From Limisphaerales bacterium (GTDB lineage Bacteria > Verrucomicrobiota > Verrucomicrobiia > Limisphaerales > JAJOIW01), in the NCBI GenBank assembly GCA_965657355.1, contig CBFHOE010000003.1, positions 277,520 to 341,519 of the forward strand: a DNA stretch of 64,000 nucleotides, given 5' to 3'. The notes under the pieces were generated by a model. That model did not search any database and was not told the origin of the DNA. It saw nothing but the letters and a program-made list of their open reading frames with translations. The stretch's first letter is position 1; every line of letters starts with the position of its first letter. The position numbers and the translations under genes were made by a program. Below are positions 48,567 to 60,096 of this stretch, piece after piece.

Positions 48567-50102
48567 ATGAAAAGACTTTTCTTATCAGCCACTTTCGCAA
48601 CCATCTGCGCAATGGGTTCTGTTCAGGCAGAGGTCAATTTTGCAAAGGATGTATTACCTATTCTACGAGATAATTGCATTAGCTGCCACGGAGCCAAAAA
48701 GAAGAAGGGCAGACTTCGCCTGGACACCGAGGCCTTTGCTCACAAAGACTCTCTAATCCCAGGCGACCTTGAGGGGTCTGAGTTATACCAACGAGTCATC
48801 CTACCTGCTGACGACGATGACATCATGCCTCCATTGGACGATGGCCGAAAGCCACTCAAAAAGGCAGAAATCGAAATTATTAAAAATTGGATTCAAGAAG
48901 GTGGCAAATACACCGGAGTTGACATAATCACTCCTGCTGCTGAAAAACCAGTAGAAGCTGCTGAAGTTGCGGACAAGATCGATTCATCTTTTGATTTTAA
49001 CCAAGACATCCGTCCTATACTCGACAGTCTTTCAGCTGATCAAAAAACAAAACTGATGGCTTGGATTGCCAAAGGTGCTGAGATGCCACAAGTTAAAGCA
49101 TCGGAACCTCAGTTGGTTGAGACAGAAGTTTCGGATGCGGAGAAGGCCGCCATAGCAAAACTCCAATCTGAAGGAGTTCTGGCTATGAAGGTTGCGCAAA
49201 ATGTCAATTGGGTACAGGCGAATTTCCGATTGGCTGGCGAAGCCGTCAAGGATGAAAACATAGCTGTTCTCAAAGATATTAAAAATCTGACAGATTTAGA
49301 TTTATCAAAGACAAGTGTTACTGATTCCGGCCTGGCTCATCTTAAGGATCTGACCAACATTACCCGCCTCAATCTTAACAACACTGCTATAACTGATGAG
49401 GGACTTAGTCACCTTGTTGGACTAAAGAATCTAACCTATCTCAATCTTTACGGCACAGCAGTGACTGACAAAGGTCTGGCTAAATTAAGTAAAATACAGA
49501 CGCTTAAAAAGCTTTACCTTTGGCAGACAAAAGTGACCGATTCAGGCGCAAACGCCCTCAAATCTGAACTCCCATGGATTTATATTAATCGAGGAATCGA
49601 ATTAGCAGCGCTTGCTCCAGAACCCAAGAAGGAAGAACCGAAAAAGGAGGCGGCACCTAAACAGGCAGCCAAGGCCCCAGTCGAAAAGAAAAAACCCGAG
49701 CCATCATCAAAGGCCAAAGGTCCTTCTATTTCTGACGTTATATTATTTTTAAGCCAGGCAGATGCGCCTCAGAAGGCTGCACCGAAAGCGAAAGCTGCGG
49801 TTGCCAAAAAGAAGGAGACTCAAAAGAGTGCTGAAGCCAAAGGCCCGTCTATTTCTGACGTTATATTGTTTTTGAGCCAGGCAGATGCGCCTCAGAAGGC
49901 TGCACCGAAAGCGAAAGCTGCGGTCGCCGAAAAGAAAGAGACTAAGAAGAGCGCTGAGGCAAAAGCTCCCTCTATCTCCGACATTATTCTCTTTTTGAGT
50001 AAATCTGAAGTAGCCAAGGACAAGGCTGTTTCGGCAAAGAAAAAAGTAAAAACGAAGCCAACTGGCTTGACAATAGCCGAAGTCGTTCTGAGCCTGAACT
50101 AA
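48567..50102 (+). CDS. Planctomycete cytochrome c + leucine-rich repeat protein with repetitive Lys/Ala-rich tail
   Basis: Signal peptide; VNFAKDVLPILRDNCISCHG; LRRs (LTDLDLSKTSVTDSGLAHL etc.); C-terminal 41-aa repeats. Confidence 0.85.
   Translation: MKRLFLSATFATICAMGSVQAEVNFAKDVLPILRDNCISCHGAKKKKGRLRLDTEAFAHKDSLIPGDLEGSELYQRVILPADDDDIMPPLDDGRKPLKKAEIEIIKNWIQEGGKYTGVDIITPAAEKPVEAAEVADKIDSSFDFNQDIRPILDSLSADQKTKLMAWIAKGAEMPQVKASEPQLVETEVSDAEKAAIAKLQSEGVLAMKVAQNVNWVQANFRLAGEAVKDENIAVLKDIKNLTDLDLSKTSVTDSGLAHLKDLTNITRLNLNNTAITDEGLSHLVGLKNLTYLNLYGTAVTDKGLAKLSKIQTLKKLYLWQTKVTDSGANALKSELPWIYINRGIELAALAPEPKKEEPKKEAAPKQAAKAPVEKKKPEPSSKAKGPSISDVILFLSQADAPQKAAPKAKAAVAKKKETQKSAEAKGPSISDVILFLSQADAPQKAAPKAKAAVAEKKETKKSAEAKAPSISDIILFLSKSEVAKDKAVSAKKKVKTKPTGLTIAEVVLSLN
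49713..50000 (+). repeat. 123-bp (41-aa) intragenic tandem repeat, about 2.3 copies
   Basis: AKGPSISDVILFLSQADAPQKAAPKAKAAVA.KKET.KSAE units start at 49713, 49836 and 49959 (last copy partial). Confidence 0.9.
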
Positions 50103-50155
50103 TTGTTGAAAGTTCAAGCTAAATTGATACATTTTTCAATAATAACCAAAATCCT

Positions 50156-50785
50156 ATGAAGATAATCAAAACACTTCTCTCAATCATTGTATTGGCAACA
50201 GTGACTTCGTCATATGCTGCTTCCAACGAAAAATGCCCGATCTCCGGAAGACCGGTGAATGCTGAAGTCTCTGAAAACATCAATGGCAAAGATGTTGGAT
50301 TCTGCTGCAAGAATTGTAAAAAGGACTTCACTTCTAAGTTGAACCTCCAGGACAAAGAGGGACCAGGAAAATGCCCGATTTCAGGAAAGCTAGCTTCTCT
50401 AGATAATCAAATTCTCCATGTAAAAACTGAAGCTGTTCAGTTTTGTTGTAACAACTGTCAGGCAAAATATGCCAAAGAAAACAAATTAGCCATCAAGGAC
50501 GGCAAACCTGGCAAATGTCCAATGTCTGGTCAGCCTGCCAAAGCGGACAAAATGGTTATTCACAACGGCGAGAAAGTATTCTTTTGCTGTAACAACTGCA
50601 AAGGAAAATATGTTGCGAAGGTCGCTACAGTGAAAAATGAAGGGCCTGTCAAATGCCCTCTTTCAGGAAAGGAAACCAATCCTGAAACCATGATGCTTGT
50701 TACCAAGACCTCTAAAGTCAATTTCTGCTGTCCAAATTGTCCTAAGGCATACACCAAAAAACACTTCGCCAAAGCCGGCAAGTAA
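50156..50785 (+). CDS. Secreted Cys-rich protein with four YHS/TRASH-like repeats
   Basis: Signal peptide; four CPxSG...FCCxNC units. Confidence 0.75.
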   Translation: MKIIKTLLSIIVLATVTSSYAASNEKCPISGRPVNAEVSENINGKDVGFCCKNCKKDFTSKLNLQDKEGPGKCPISGKLASLDNQILHVKTEAVQFCCNNCQAKYAKENKLAIKDGKPGKCPMSGQPAKADKMVIHNGEKVFFCCNNCKGKYVAKVATVKNEGPVKCPLSGKETNPETMMLVTKTSKVNFCCPNCPKAYTKKHFAKAGK

Positions 50786-50808
50786 AGGAATTCTCAATTA
50801 GCTTTCAC

Positions 50809-50843
50809 AAAGCCCTGCCTATCCAGCAGGGCTTTTTTATTTT
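50809..50843 (+). terminator. Rho-independent terminator
   Basis: AAAGCCCTGC-CTATCCA-GCAGGGCTTT followed by a T-rich run. Confidence 0.88.
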
Positions 50844-50944
50844 TAACTGGAATTTATAAACCGGATTGGCCAACCAAATCCTGATAAATAAATAAATTTT
50901 GGTGTATTTGATGGTTGGAACTGATAAAAAGAGCTTTAAATCCC

Positions 50945-52078
50945 ATGAGTGATACTAATGAAAAAAAGACAGTAGAAAACGATCCCAATAGTGAGGATCC
51001 AAAGGGCATTGGTAAACCGCAAAAATTTATGGGGAAATTGAGTTGGGGGATATTGGCTTTAGGTCTTGTTATCCTGGGTTTTGCTCTAAATTTGGTTGTT
51101 GGGAAGGGAGCCCCGATTTCTGAGTATCTGATTCTATTCGCCAAGCATTCAGTTTCATTAGTTGTTATCCCATTAGTTTTGAGTTATGTCGTTTGGGTCA
51201 GCACAAAATGCAATAAGACCCTATCAGGGATAGTTTACTATATTGCCTTTATTGCGACATTTGGTTGGATACTCGCCCAAGAGGTTTCGAGCCCACAAAA
51301 CTTTAAGACCTTTGGGAGTTTTGTTAAAAATAGATATGACCTTCAGAAGAAATATGACTTAGCAAAAAAGGAAAATAAAAAGACAGACGAGTTAGTTCAA
51401 AAAATATTTTTAGTAAACAGTAACTACCTCGCCCAAATGTCCAGCCAAAGTGATGGCGCGCAGAAAGAATTATTTCAAAACATACTTACCTTTACATCTT
51501 TAAAACACGAAAATTCAGCCAAATTATCTGAGCTGGAAAAGTCGATTTTCACTGATACCTTCGTAAATTACCCCGACCTTAGAGAGAACACTCAGGCACA
51601 AGAGAAAATTAAAATTATAAATGAATACCTAACGACTATTGAAAGTCTGCGGAGGAATAGCGAGGCATTCAAAGAGTTCTTTGGGGAGGATAAGAGTGAC
51701 GGAATATTGCTGAAGAGGATGGAATTGAGATTCTTATTTGAGAAAGTGATTCTTCCTCACGCCGATTCTGTTAATAAGCTTGAGACGTATTATTTATCCT
51801 GTGAGAATTTTGTGACTAATTTAAAAAAACTTATTCTTTGGACGTCGGAGAACACTGACCAATGGACATACGAAAGTGACGAAAGTGCGCAGCCGGCGAA
51901 AATAACAATTAAGTTAAATTCACCCGAGGCTGAAAATTTTTTCTCTGCATTGGTTAATGAGACAGAGCAGGGGTTAAAAGAGTTGAATGCCGCCACCCAA
52001 AGGATCATGAATCCATCTTCAGAAAATTCAAATCAATCTGGTGATGCAGAATCTAAAAAAGATAATCCTGCAGAATAG
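50945..52078 (+). CDS. Hypothetical membrane protein (3 TM + soluble helical domain)
   Basis: Three hydrophobic segments near the N-terminus, long helical C-terminal region. Confidence 0.65.
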   Translation: MSDTNEKKTVENDPNSEDPKGIGKPQKFMGKLSWGILALGLVILGFALNLVVGKGAPISEYLILFAKHSVSLVVIPLVLSYVVWVSTKCNKTLSGIVYYIAFIATFGWILAQEVSSPQNFKTFGSFVKNRYDLQKKYDLAKKENKKTDELVQKIFLVNSNYLAQMSSQSDGAQKELFQNILTFTSLKHENSAKLSELEKSIFTDTFVNYPDLRENTQAQEKIKIINEYLTTIESLRRNSEAFKEFFGEDKSDGILLKRMELRFLFEKVILPHADSVNKLETYYLSCENFVTNLKKLILWTSENTDQWTYESDESAQPAKITIKLNSPEAENFFSALVNETEQGLKELNAATQRIMNPSSENSNQSGDAESKKDNPAE

Positions 52079-52125
52079 CTTTACTTATTTTCTTCATTTC
52101 TTTCTTTAATCTAAAATAATTTGTC

Positions 52126-54681
52126 ATGGGAAGTGTTCAAATGATAGCAATCCAAAAATGGTTTTCTCTGATAATGGGAATCGCTATTTTCTTTGCTAAG
52201 ACTGAGCTGCCCGGTGTTGATTACAATAAAGATGTTCGGCGTATTTTATCCGAAAATTGCTTTGAATGCCATGGCCCCGACAAAGGCGCGCGCAAAGCTA
52301 ATCTACGCTTGGACACCCAAAAAGGTGCCCACTTGTCTCGCGGTGGGATCAGGGCTATTGCTCCAGGTAATCTTTCTCAGTCTGCACTGTGGGAACGCAT
52401 AACAACATCAGACCCCGATGAGGTGATGCCCCCGCCTGAATCCAAGAAAATTATAAATATAAAACAAAAAGACATCCTTCGCCAGTGGATAGAAGATGGT
52501 GGCGAGTATGTCGATCATTGGGCATTTATACACCCTTCTGAAACTGATTTTAGTGCTCTTCATATCGACACCAGCGAACAAAACCCGATTGATATCCTGG
52601 TTGAGAGAAATCTAAAATCCATAGGTCTTGATTTTAGTGAGCAAGCGCAACCAGAAAAATTGGTCCGAAGGTTGCATATTGATTTGGTAGGCTTACCTCC
52701 AAGTATCTCGGAGGTTGAGGAATTTGTTCAGGGTATCAAGCGCGGGCGATTGGGGTTTTATCAGTCCTATGTGGACAAATTACTAAGATCATCAGGCTTC
52801 GGAGAAAAATGGGCAAGGCACTGGCTGGATTTGGCTCGTTATGCAGATTCCAATGGCTTCCAGGCCGACCAGCTCAGGGATTCTTGGGCTTATAGGGATT
52901 GGGTGATATCCGCTCTCAATTCAAACATGCCATACGATCGATTTACGATAGAACAGCTCGCTGGAGATTTACTTCCTCAAGCAACTTTGGAACAGAAGAT
53001 TGCAACCGGATTTCATCGCACAGTGACCTGCAACGTCGAAGCCGGTGTCCACGCGGAGAAAAATCGGGTGGATCAGGTATTTGATAGGGTGAATACGACG
53101 GCGACTGTGTGGTTGGGACTGACGCTTGAGTGTGCCCAATGTCACCACCATAAATACGATCCTATATCTACTGACGAATACTATTCTTTTTTTGCCTACT
53201 TCAATAATACTCCCCTTGAAGTTGAGCTTCCTTCCAGCGTTACCGACGTACAACACAACTTTATAGGTCCTTACCTGACTCTGCCCATGTCCAAAATTCG
53301 AAGCGAGCACAAAGATCAGCTTCGCATCCAAGCACTCACACTCCAAAAGGCTCTTGAGTCAAAAGAGGGCGATCCCCAAAAAGGCCTGCAGGCCTGGTTA
53401 AAGGAACAGCGATCAAAAGATAACGAAGAGCAGAATAAAGAATTACTTAAAATTTTATCTCAGCCCGAAACACAATGGACAGAAGGGCAGAGGAAAAAAA
53501 TTAAAGAAAAGTATTATCAATCGACTTCCGAACTCAAGGAGACGAAGCGTGAACTGGATGAGATAAATGATAGATATCACGCAATAAAACCCTATCAAAC
53601 ATTGGTAATGCAGGAATTGGATAAAAAAAGGATTACCAAGGTTATGAGGCGCGGAAATTACCAGGATACTTTGCACGAGGTATTACCAAACACATTAGGC
53701 TTACTTCATGACAAAAAACCAAAATACCCGGATAATAGGCTTGGACTAGCGCAATGGATTACAGACAAAGATAATCCGCTTACGGCGCGAGTAGCTGTGA
53801 ATAGGGTCTGGGCCGAAGTTTGGGGGGCGGGTATTGTGCGGACACTGGAAGATTTTGGTATGCAATCAGAGGCCCCTACTGATCCCATTTTGTTAGATTG
53901 GCTTGCAACCTACTTCATGGATAGTGGTTGGGATTTGAAAGCATTGCTAAAAGTAATATGCACCTCTCGTGCCTACAAACAGACATCGAGGATAAGTGGC
54001 CAACTGATGAAAGCTGACCCTGAAAATAAATACTTTAGCAGGGGCGCCCGTTACAGAATGGATGCGGAAAGAATACGTGACTCAATGTTAGCATCTAGTG
54101 GTCTGCTTTCACAAAAAATGTTTGGGCCCCCGGTGATGCCTTATCAGCCTACAGGCGTGTGGCGGGCAGTCGGACGAAATGCACCAGTATGGCGTGAGAT
54201 GAAAAATGAAGACCGCTGGAGAAAGGGAATTTATATCGTCTATAGAAGAGCAGCTCCTTATCCAAGCATGGTCAATTTTGATGCTCCGGATCGTTCTGCC
54301 TGCACTGTGTCACGACCACGAACTAATACACCCCTTCAAGCTCTGACTCTTATGAATGATCCTGCATATATAGAGATGGCTATTGGTCTAACTGATAGAG
54401 TCATTAGGGAAGCTGAGGGAGTGGATTTTGAAAGTAGATTGGAAATGTTATACATGCTGAGCCTTTCGCGGAAGCCAAATCCAAACGAGTTAGCCTACCT
54501 AAAGCAGGCGTATGAAAAGCATTTGAAAGATTTCCAAAAGAACACGGGCAGAGCAAAAAAACTGCTATCTCAAAAGTCGGTCTTTTATAAGCCTCATGTT
54601 CAAGACCCTGCGGAATTCGCGGCATGGTTTTTAATTTCAACAAGCATACTGAACCTTGACGAAACAGTGACCAGAGGATAA
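52126..54681 (+). CDS. PSD1/planctomycete cytochrome c protein (PSCyt1 + DUF1549 + DUF1553)
   Basis: [70 protein letters not shown]. Confidence 0.92.
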   Translation: MGSVQMIAIQKWFSLIMGIAIFFAKTELPGVDYNKDVRRILSENCFECHGPDKGARKANLRLDTQKGAHLSRGGIRAIAPGNLSQSALWERITTSDPDEVMPPPESKKIINIKQKDILRQWIEDGGEYVDHWAFIHPSETDFSALHIDTSEQNPIDILVERNLKSIGLDFSEQAQPEKLVRRLHIDLVGLPPSISEVEEFVQGIKRGRLGFYQSYVDKLLRSSGFGEKWARHWLDLARYADSNGFQADQLRDSWAYRDWVISALNSNMPYDRFTIEQLAGDLLPQATLEQKIATGFHRTVTCNVEAGVHAEKNRVDQVFDRVNTTATVWLGLTLECAQCHHHKYDPISTDEYYSFFAYFNNTPLEVELPSSVTDVQHNFIGPYLTLPMSKIRSEHKDQLRIQALTLQKALESKEGDPQKGLQAWLKEQRSKDNEEQNKELLKILSQPETQWTEGQRKKIKEKYYQSTSELKETKRELDEINDRYHAIKPYQTLVMQELDKKRITKVMRRGNYQDTLHEVLPNTLGLLHDKKPKYPDNRLGLAQWITDKDNPLTARVAVNRVWAEVWGAGIVRTLEDFGMQSEAPTDPILLDWLATYFMDSGWDLKALLKVICTSRAYKQTSRISGQLMKADPENKYFSRGARYRMDAERIRDSMLASSGLLSQKMFGPPVMPYQPTGVWRAVGRNAPVWREMKNEDRWRKGIYIVYRRAAPYPSMVNFDAPDRSACTVSRPRTNTPLQALTLMNDPAYIEMAIGLTDRVIREAEGVDFESRLEMLYMLSLSRKPNPNELAYLKQAYEKHLKDFQKNTGRAKKLLSQKSVFYKPHVQDPAEFAAWFLISTSILNLDETVTRG

Positions 54682-54685
54682 CGGC

Positions 54686-56152
54686 ATGGATCAGAATCAA
54701 CAAAAATTGAGAGAGATTACCAGACGGCTATTTTTCCAAAAAGCAGGGTATGGCATAGGAGGAGCTGCTCTTCTTAACCTGCTTAACCAAGATGTCATGG
54801 GATCAGCTCAAAGCGGGCCGGTGGGTTTTAAAACCCAGGGATTGCCAAGTGGTCTTCATCACCGCCAAAAGGCTAAGAACGTTATATTTCTCCATATGGT
54901 TGGGGCTCCTAGTCATCTGGATCTATATGATTACAAACCCGAGCTTCAAAAAAGGACCGGCGAACTATGTCCCGATGAATTTTTTAAGGGGAAAAATTTA
55001 GCTTTTATTAGGCAGCAGCCAAATCTCATGGGAACACCGGATAAAGTAGATTTTCGGTTTTCTCCTTGTGGTGTGTCGGGGCAGATGATTTCGGATTTAT
55101 TACCTCATATTCAAGGCGTTGCGGATGAAATGTGCATGATCCGATCGTTGCATACCGAGCAGTTTAATCATGCCCCAGCACAGCTCTTTTCACTAACTGG
55201 ATTTTCAAGGTTTGGAAGGCCTAGTATTGGTTCATGGGTCAGTTATGGACTGGGGTCTGAGAATCGAAACCTGCCATCTTTTGTTGTATTGATCACAGGC
55301 TCTGTACTTGGTGCTGGGAATAGTGCCTGGGGCAGTGGTTTTTTACCAACAGTTCACCAGGGTGTTGAATTCAGAAGCAAAGGAGATCCCGTACTTTTTC
55401 TCTCCGACCCAGAGTCTTTTACTCGTAAGAATAGAAGAGATGTTGTCGATCACATCAATTACTTGAACCAAATGAATTTTGATTTGGTCAAGGATCCAGA
55501 AATAGAAACAAGGATCAGTCAATATGAACTTGCCTACAGAATGCAGACCTCAGTTCCTGAGCTGATGGACATCAGGTCAGAGTCAAAGGCCACTCATGAA
55601 ATGTACGGTACGTCTCCAGGGAAATCGAGTTTTGCCAATAATTGTCTTCTGGCTCGCAGGTTGGTTGAGAGGGGAGTGCGATTTGTGCAATTATTTGATC
55701 AAGGTTGGGACCACCACAATAACCTCTTCAATAATCTAAAGAACAAGGTGAGGTCTGTGGATAAACCCATAGCGGCTCTGATTAAAGACCTTAAGCAGCG
55801 GGGGATGCTCGATGATACGCTTGTGGTTTGGAATTCCGAATTTGGTAGGACTCCCATGGCTCAAACGACCTCCGGAACGGGGGTCATAAATAAAAATACT
55901 GGTCGAGACCATCATAAAGAAGCCTTTTCGGTTTGGATGGCTGGTGGTGGCATCAAGCCTGGCATTTCGTATGGAGCCACAGATGACCTCGGTTATTCCA
56001 TTGTTCAAGACCCGGTAACCACCTTTGATTATAATGCCACGATCCTGCACCAGCTTGGGGTCGATCACGAGAAGCTAACTTTTAAATACCAAGGCAGACA
56101 ATTCAGACTGACAGATGTACAGGGGAAACCAATCTTTCCTATCATTAGCTGA
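54686..56152 (+). CDS. DUF1501 domain protein (Tat-exported, alkaline-phosphatase/sulfatase-like)
   Basis: [51 protein letters not shown]; usual partner of DUF1549/1553 proteins. Confidence 0.92.
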   Translation: MDQNQQKLREITRRLFFQKAGYGIGGAALLNLLNQDVMGSAQSGPVGFKTQGLPSGLHHRQKAKNVIFLHMVGAPSHLDLYDYKPELQKRTGELCPDEFFKGKNLAFIRQQPNLMGTPDKVDFRFSPCGVSGQMISDLLPHIQGVADEMCMIRSLHTEQFNHAPAQLFSLTGFSRFGRPSIGSWVSYGLGSENRNLPSFVVLITGSVLGAGNSAWGSGFLPTVHQGVEFRSKGDPVLFLSDPESFTRKNRRDVVDHINYLNQMNFDLVKDPEIETRISQYELAYRMQTSVPELMDIRSESKATHEMYGTSPGKSSFANNCLLARRLVERGVRFVQLFDQGWDHHNNLFNNLKNKVRSVDKPIAALIKDLKQRGMLDDTLVVWNSEFGRTPMAQTTSGTGVINKNTGRDHHKEAFSVWMAGGGIKPGISYGATDDLGYSIVQDPVTTFDYNATILHQLGVDHEKLTFKYQGRQFRLTDVQGKPIFPIIS

Positions 56153-56271
56153 GGTGACATCAAATAACTTATCTTTTTTTATCCATATAAATGGCGTCAA
56201 TAGACTGGAATTTTTAACGTTATTGGATATGGGATTGCGACATCCTCCTATTGGATTCATTCTACGTATCA

Positions 56272-57078
56272 ATGGAACTCAAAGATTGGAAACTTGAAGG
56301 AAAGACTGCATTTGTTTCAGGGGGAACCCAAGGTATAGGTGCTGCGTGTGTGGAGAGCTTAGCCATGATGGGGGCTGAAGTTTTTCTGGCGGCACGCGAC
56401 AAAGATAGATTAGATCGCAAGTTACACGAGTGGAAGAGTAAAGGCTTGCAGGTGGATGGAATTGCATGCGATATGTCCTCTCCAGAGAAAGTTGGCCCCG
56501 TTGTTGAAGCGCTAAACTCCAAATGGGGATCATTGGACATCCTCATAAACAATGTTGGAGGTAACAGGCGAAAGGAATCTTCAGAATATACTATTCAAGA
56601 ATATCAAATGTTAATGGATTGGAACCTGGGGGCTTCTTTTGAGATTTCCAGAAAACTGCATCCCATGTTAAAAGCTTCTGGCGATGGAAGGATTATCACT
56701 GTTGCTTCTGTAGCTGGAATGACTCACATTCGGAGTGGGGTTGTTTATGCTATGGCAAAAGCGGCATTGATTCAGATGACCAAGAATTTCTGTGTTGAAT
56801 GGGCTCGGGATGGCATCAAGGTCAACGCCGTTAGTCCCTGGTATACGAGAACTCCACTAGTTCGGTTTTCTATTGAAGATCCTGTGAGATATAAAGGAAT
56901 TATCGAGCGGACTCCACTCGGAAGATTTGGCGAAGCGGACGAGGTGGCCTCTGCGGTAACATTTCTCGCACTGCCGGCGTCTCGATTTATTACCGGGCAA
57001 TGTTTGGCCGTCGATGGTGGTTTTATGGCCTTTGGATTTGATCCGACCGTAGCTGAAAACCCTCCTGTTGATAGCTAG
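56272..57078 (+). CDS. Short-chain dehydrogenase/reductase (tropinone reductase-like)
   Basis: SGGTQGIG, LDILINNVG, YAMAK, EWARDGIKVNAVSPW, FITGQCLAVDGG. Confidence 0.92.
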   Translation: MELKDWKLEGKTAFVSGGTQGIGAACVESLAMMGAEVFLAARDKDRLDRKLHEWKSKGLQVDGIACDMSSPEKVGPVVEALNSKWGSLDILINNVGGNRRKESSEYTIQEYQMLMDWNLGASFEISRKLHPMLKASGDGRIITVASVAGMTHIRSGVVYAMAKAALIQMTKNFCVEWARDGIKVNAVSPWYTRTPLVRFSIEDPVRYKGIIERTPLGRFGEADEVASAVTFLALPASRFITGQCLAVDGGFMAFGFDPTVAENPPVDS

Positions 57079-57085
57079 TATAGTC

Positions 57086-57322
57086 ATGAAAAAACTTAGC
57101 AAATATTCAAAGTATCTTTATCTAATAGCTACTGGGACAACATTGGTGGGTCTTTTATTGTGGCAATTATACTTTCAACCGGATCTGGATGCGCCAAGTG
57201 AGGCTGAGATCAATAATGCAGAGGCTATTAAGAGCTGGATGGATGGCGAGAGAGCCAAAAAGTCGGCCCTTCAAAAGACCAATCAGTCCTCGCCTCAGCC
57301 TTTTCTGCCGGGCTCGGAATAA
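57086..57322 (+). CDS. Small membrane-anchored hypothetical protein
   Basis: One TM segment; fits between the SDR and asd genes. Confidence 0.45.
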   Translation: MKKLSKYSKYLYLIATGTTLVGLLLWQLYFQPDLDAPSEAEINNAEAIKSWMDGERAKKSALQKTNQSSPQPFLPGSE

Positions 57323-57411
57323 GTTGGAAGACATTCATCTTATCCAAAATTATAGTGAGACCTGTTTGACACAGCTACTTTTTTAGCGTTATTTCTGGAT
57401 GGATTAGAATT

Positions 57412-58422
57412 ATGAATTCAGAACCAGTCATTGCGATTGCCGGAGCCACCGGTGCTGTTGGCCAAGAAATGTTGGAAGTCCTCCAGAATAGGGATTTCCC
57501 GGTTAAGGACATTAAATTATTAGCATCTGCCCGTTCCAAGGGAAAAAAATTAAACTTCAAAGGCAATGAGATCGAAGTTGGAGAGTTGAAAGAGGGGGCT
57601 TTTGAAGGTGTGGATATAGCGCTTTTCAGCGCCGGAGGTGGAACGTCGAAGGCTTTTGCCGCAGATGCGACAAAAGCTGGGGCGGTGGTTATAGATAATT
57701 CAAGTGCTTTCAGAATGGATGAGGATGTTCCGTTAGTCATACCTGAAATAAATTCTGAAGATCTCAAGAATCACAAGGGCATCATAGCTAATCCGAACTG
57801 TTCCACTATTGTCACCCTCATGGCCCTGGCGCCCTTGCACAGGGCTTTTGGATTGAAAAGGTTGGTAGCCTCCACATACCAAGCTGTTTCCGGGACTGGG
57901 GCTATGGCCATTAAGGAATTAGAGGATCAAGTCCAGCAGTTGACTGCGGGGCATGAAGTCAAGCCCGAGGTTTATCCGCACCAGATAGCCTTCAACCTAC
58001 TTCCTCACGTCGATGCGTTTCTAGACTCTGGATATACCAAAGAGGAGATGAAAATGGAGAATGAAGGCCGGAAGATTCTTCATCACTCAAAATTAAAAAT
58101 AAGTTGTACATGCGTTCGGGTTCCTGTATATCGTGCTCACTCAATTTCAGTTGCTGCTGAATTTGAAAACCCAGTTTCAGTAAAAGGAGCGCAAGAGGCT
58201 ATCTCGGCTGCTGAGGGAGTCCAAATGAAAGATGACCCCGCAGCGAATATCTACCCAATGCCCCTTGATATTGCCGGGGAATACGATTGCTTTGTTGGGC
58301 GACTCAGGAAGGATTGTGCCTTTGAAAATGGGCTGAGTTTCTGGGTTGTCGGTGATCAGCTTCTGAAGGGAGCAGCTCTAAATGCGGTGCAAATAGCTGA
58401 AAAGTTGGTTGAAATTACATAA
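57412..58422 (+). CDS. asd: Aspartate-semialdehyde dehydrogenase
   Basis: GATGAVG, DNSSAFRM, IANPNCST, STYQAVSG, CVRVPV..AHS, LLKGAALNAVQ. Confidence 0.97.
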   Translation: MNSEPVIAIAGATGAVGQEMLEVLQNRDFPVKDIKLLASARSKGKKLNFKGNEIEVGELKEGAFEGVDIALFSAGGGTSKAFAADATKAGAVVIDNSSAFRMDEDVPLVIPEINSEDLKNHKGIIANPNCSTIVTLMALAPLHRAFGLKRLVASTYQAVSGTGAMAIKELEDQVQQLTAGHEVKPEVYPHQIAFNLLPHVDAFLDSGYTKEEMKMENEGRKILHHSKLKISCTCVRVPVYRAHSISVAAEFENPVSVKGAQEAISAAEGVQMKDDPAANIYPMPLDIAGEYDCFVGRLRKDCAFENGLSFWVVGDQLLKGAALNAVQIAEKLVEIT

Positions 58423-58479
58423 ATTCATTTCGATATTTGACCAAGCCGGGTGAGATAAATTACCTTCATAGTTATAAAT

Positions 58480-60072
58480 ATGAAGGTAGTCGTCTGCGAC
58501 AAAGTATCTGATAGGGGAGTCGAAGTCTTTCGACAGCAAGAAGGTTTTGAGGCAATAGTTCTGGATCGTAAGCATTCAGAAGATGAAATGGTGGAAATAT
58601 GTAAGGACGTATCTGCCATTGTTGTTCGATCTGAAACAAAGATCACAAAAAAAATTCTTGATAATGCGCCTGCACTCAAAGTTGTTGGTCGGGCTGGCGT
58701 AGGCGTTGATAATGTAGATGTTTCTGAGGCGACAAGGCGGGGTGTCGTCGTGATGAATACACCCAGCGGGAATACCATCTCAACATGCGAGTTGACATGC
58801 TCTATGATGTTGGCCTTGGCTCGCAATATCCCTCAAGCCCACGCCTCCATGAAATCAGGGAAATGGGATAGAAAAGCCTTCAAAGGAAATGAGGTCTATA
58901 AAAAAACTTTGGGAATCGTAGGGCTCGGCAGAATTGGTGCCGAAGTCAGTCAACGTGCTTTGGCGTTTGGAATGAGAGTTCTTGCATACGATCCCTATCT
59001 ATCGAGACCTAGGGCGGAGCAGCTTGGGGTTGAGTTGAAGGAACAATTGGATGATTTACTCGCAGAAAGTGATTATATCACTGTCCACATGCCCAAAACA
59101 CCTGAAACATCGGGCATGATAAATAAGGCGTCCTTCAATAAAATGAAAGATGGGGTCAAGATTCTCAATTGTGCTCGAGGTGGAATCATTGTTGAAGATG
59201 ACTTGGTTGAGGCGATCAAGAGCGGAAAGGTAGCTGGAGCTGCACTCGATGTTTACGAATCTGAGCCAGTAGCAGAGGAACATCCATTCCGGTCCATGCC
59301 GCAGGTCATCATGACTCCCCATTTAGGTGCGAGTACGGCAGAGGCTCAGGAAAATGTTGGAATAGAGGTGGCTGAAGCCATTGTTGACTTTCTCAAAAAT
59401 GGTGAAGTTCGCAACGCCGTAAACCTTCCAAATCTGGATGCAAAGACTTTTGCTCGAGTTGAACCATATTTAAAATTGGCTGAAAAATTAGGAAAATTAG
59501 TTGGTCAACTTTCAGAAAAGAGGAATGACAAATTGGTCATTACTTATGGAGGTAAGGTAACCGATGTTCCTTGTGACCCAGTTACGAGGTCTGTTCTCAA
59601 AGGGTTTTTAGAAGAGGCTGGTGGTGAAGGAATCAATGAAATCAATGTGCGCACATTGGCTGACTCCTTGGGCTTAAAAGTTGAAGAAATCAAATCGACT
59701 GAAAAGACCGATTTTACCGAGTGGGTGCATGTCGCTGCCATATCCGGAGACCAAAAAGTATCTGCTGGGGGGACTATATTCGGGACTCGGCATGATCCTC
59801 GAATTGTCCGAATTCATAGTAGAACAGTGGAAATCGTTCCCGAAGGAACTCTTTTGTTTTATTTGAACGAAGATAAACCTGGTATTGTCGGAAATTTAGG
59901 TTCTATTTTGGGCCGACATAATGTGAACATCGCGAGTATGACTGTTAGCCGCAAATCTATTGGAGGAGATGCCTTGTCAGTGGCAAGCTTAGATTCAGTG
60001 CCTCCAGCGGAAGCCATTGCTGAAATCGAAAGCGATCCGTCCATCACACGTGTTCAAATCGTCAATCTATAG
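58480..60072 (+). CDS. serA: D-3-phosphoglycerate dehydrogenase (with ASB and ACT domains)
   Basis: GRAGVGVDN, GLGRIG, NCARGGI, TPHLGAST.EAQ, C-terminal DKPGIVG ACT domain. Confidence 0.96.
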   Translation: MKVVVCDKVSDRGVEVFRQQEGFEAIVLDRKHSEDEMVEICKDVSAIVVRSETKITKKILDNAPALKVVGRAGVGVDNVDVSEATRRGVVVMNTPSGNTISTCELTCSMMLALARNIPQAHASMKSGKWDRKAFKGNEVYKKTLGIVGLGRIGAEVSQRALAFGMRVLAYDPYLSRPRAEQLGVELKEQLDDLLAESDYITVHMPKTPETSGMINKASFNKMKDGVKILNCARGGIIVEDDLVEAIKSGKVAGAALDVYESEPVAEEHPFRSMPQVIMTPHLGASTAEAQENVGIEVAEAIVDFLKNGEVRNAVNLPNLDAKTFARVEPYLKLAEKLGKLVGQLSEKRNDKLVITYGGKVTDVPCDPVTRSVLKGFLEEAGGEGINEINVRTLADSLGLKVEEIKSTEKTDFTEWVHVAAISGDQKVSAGGTIFGTRHDPRIVRIHSRTVEIVPEGTLLFYLNEDKPGIVGNLGSILGRHNVNIASMTVSRKSIGGDALSVASLDSVPPAEAIAEIESDPSITRVQIVNL

Positions 60073-60096
60073 GTGCTATTCGATTAAGAGAGCAAT

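Noticed and set aside
49713..50000. CRISPR array
   Set aside because: The repeats are contiguous 123-bp in-frame coding units without unique spacers; no cas genes in the window.
52126..56152. DUF1549/1553-DUF1501 pair as a novel system
   Set aside because: A very common paralogous pair in PVC genomes; nothing distinctive in this copy.
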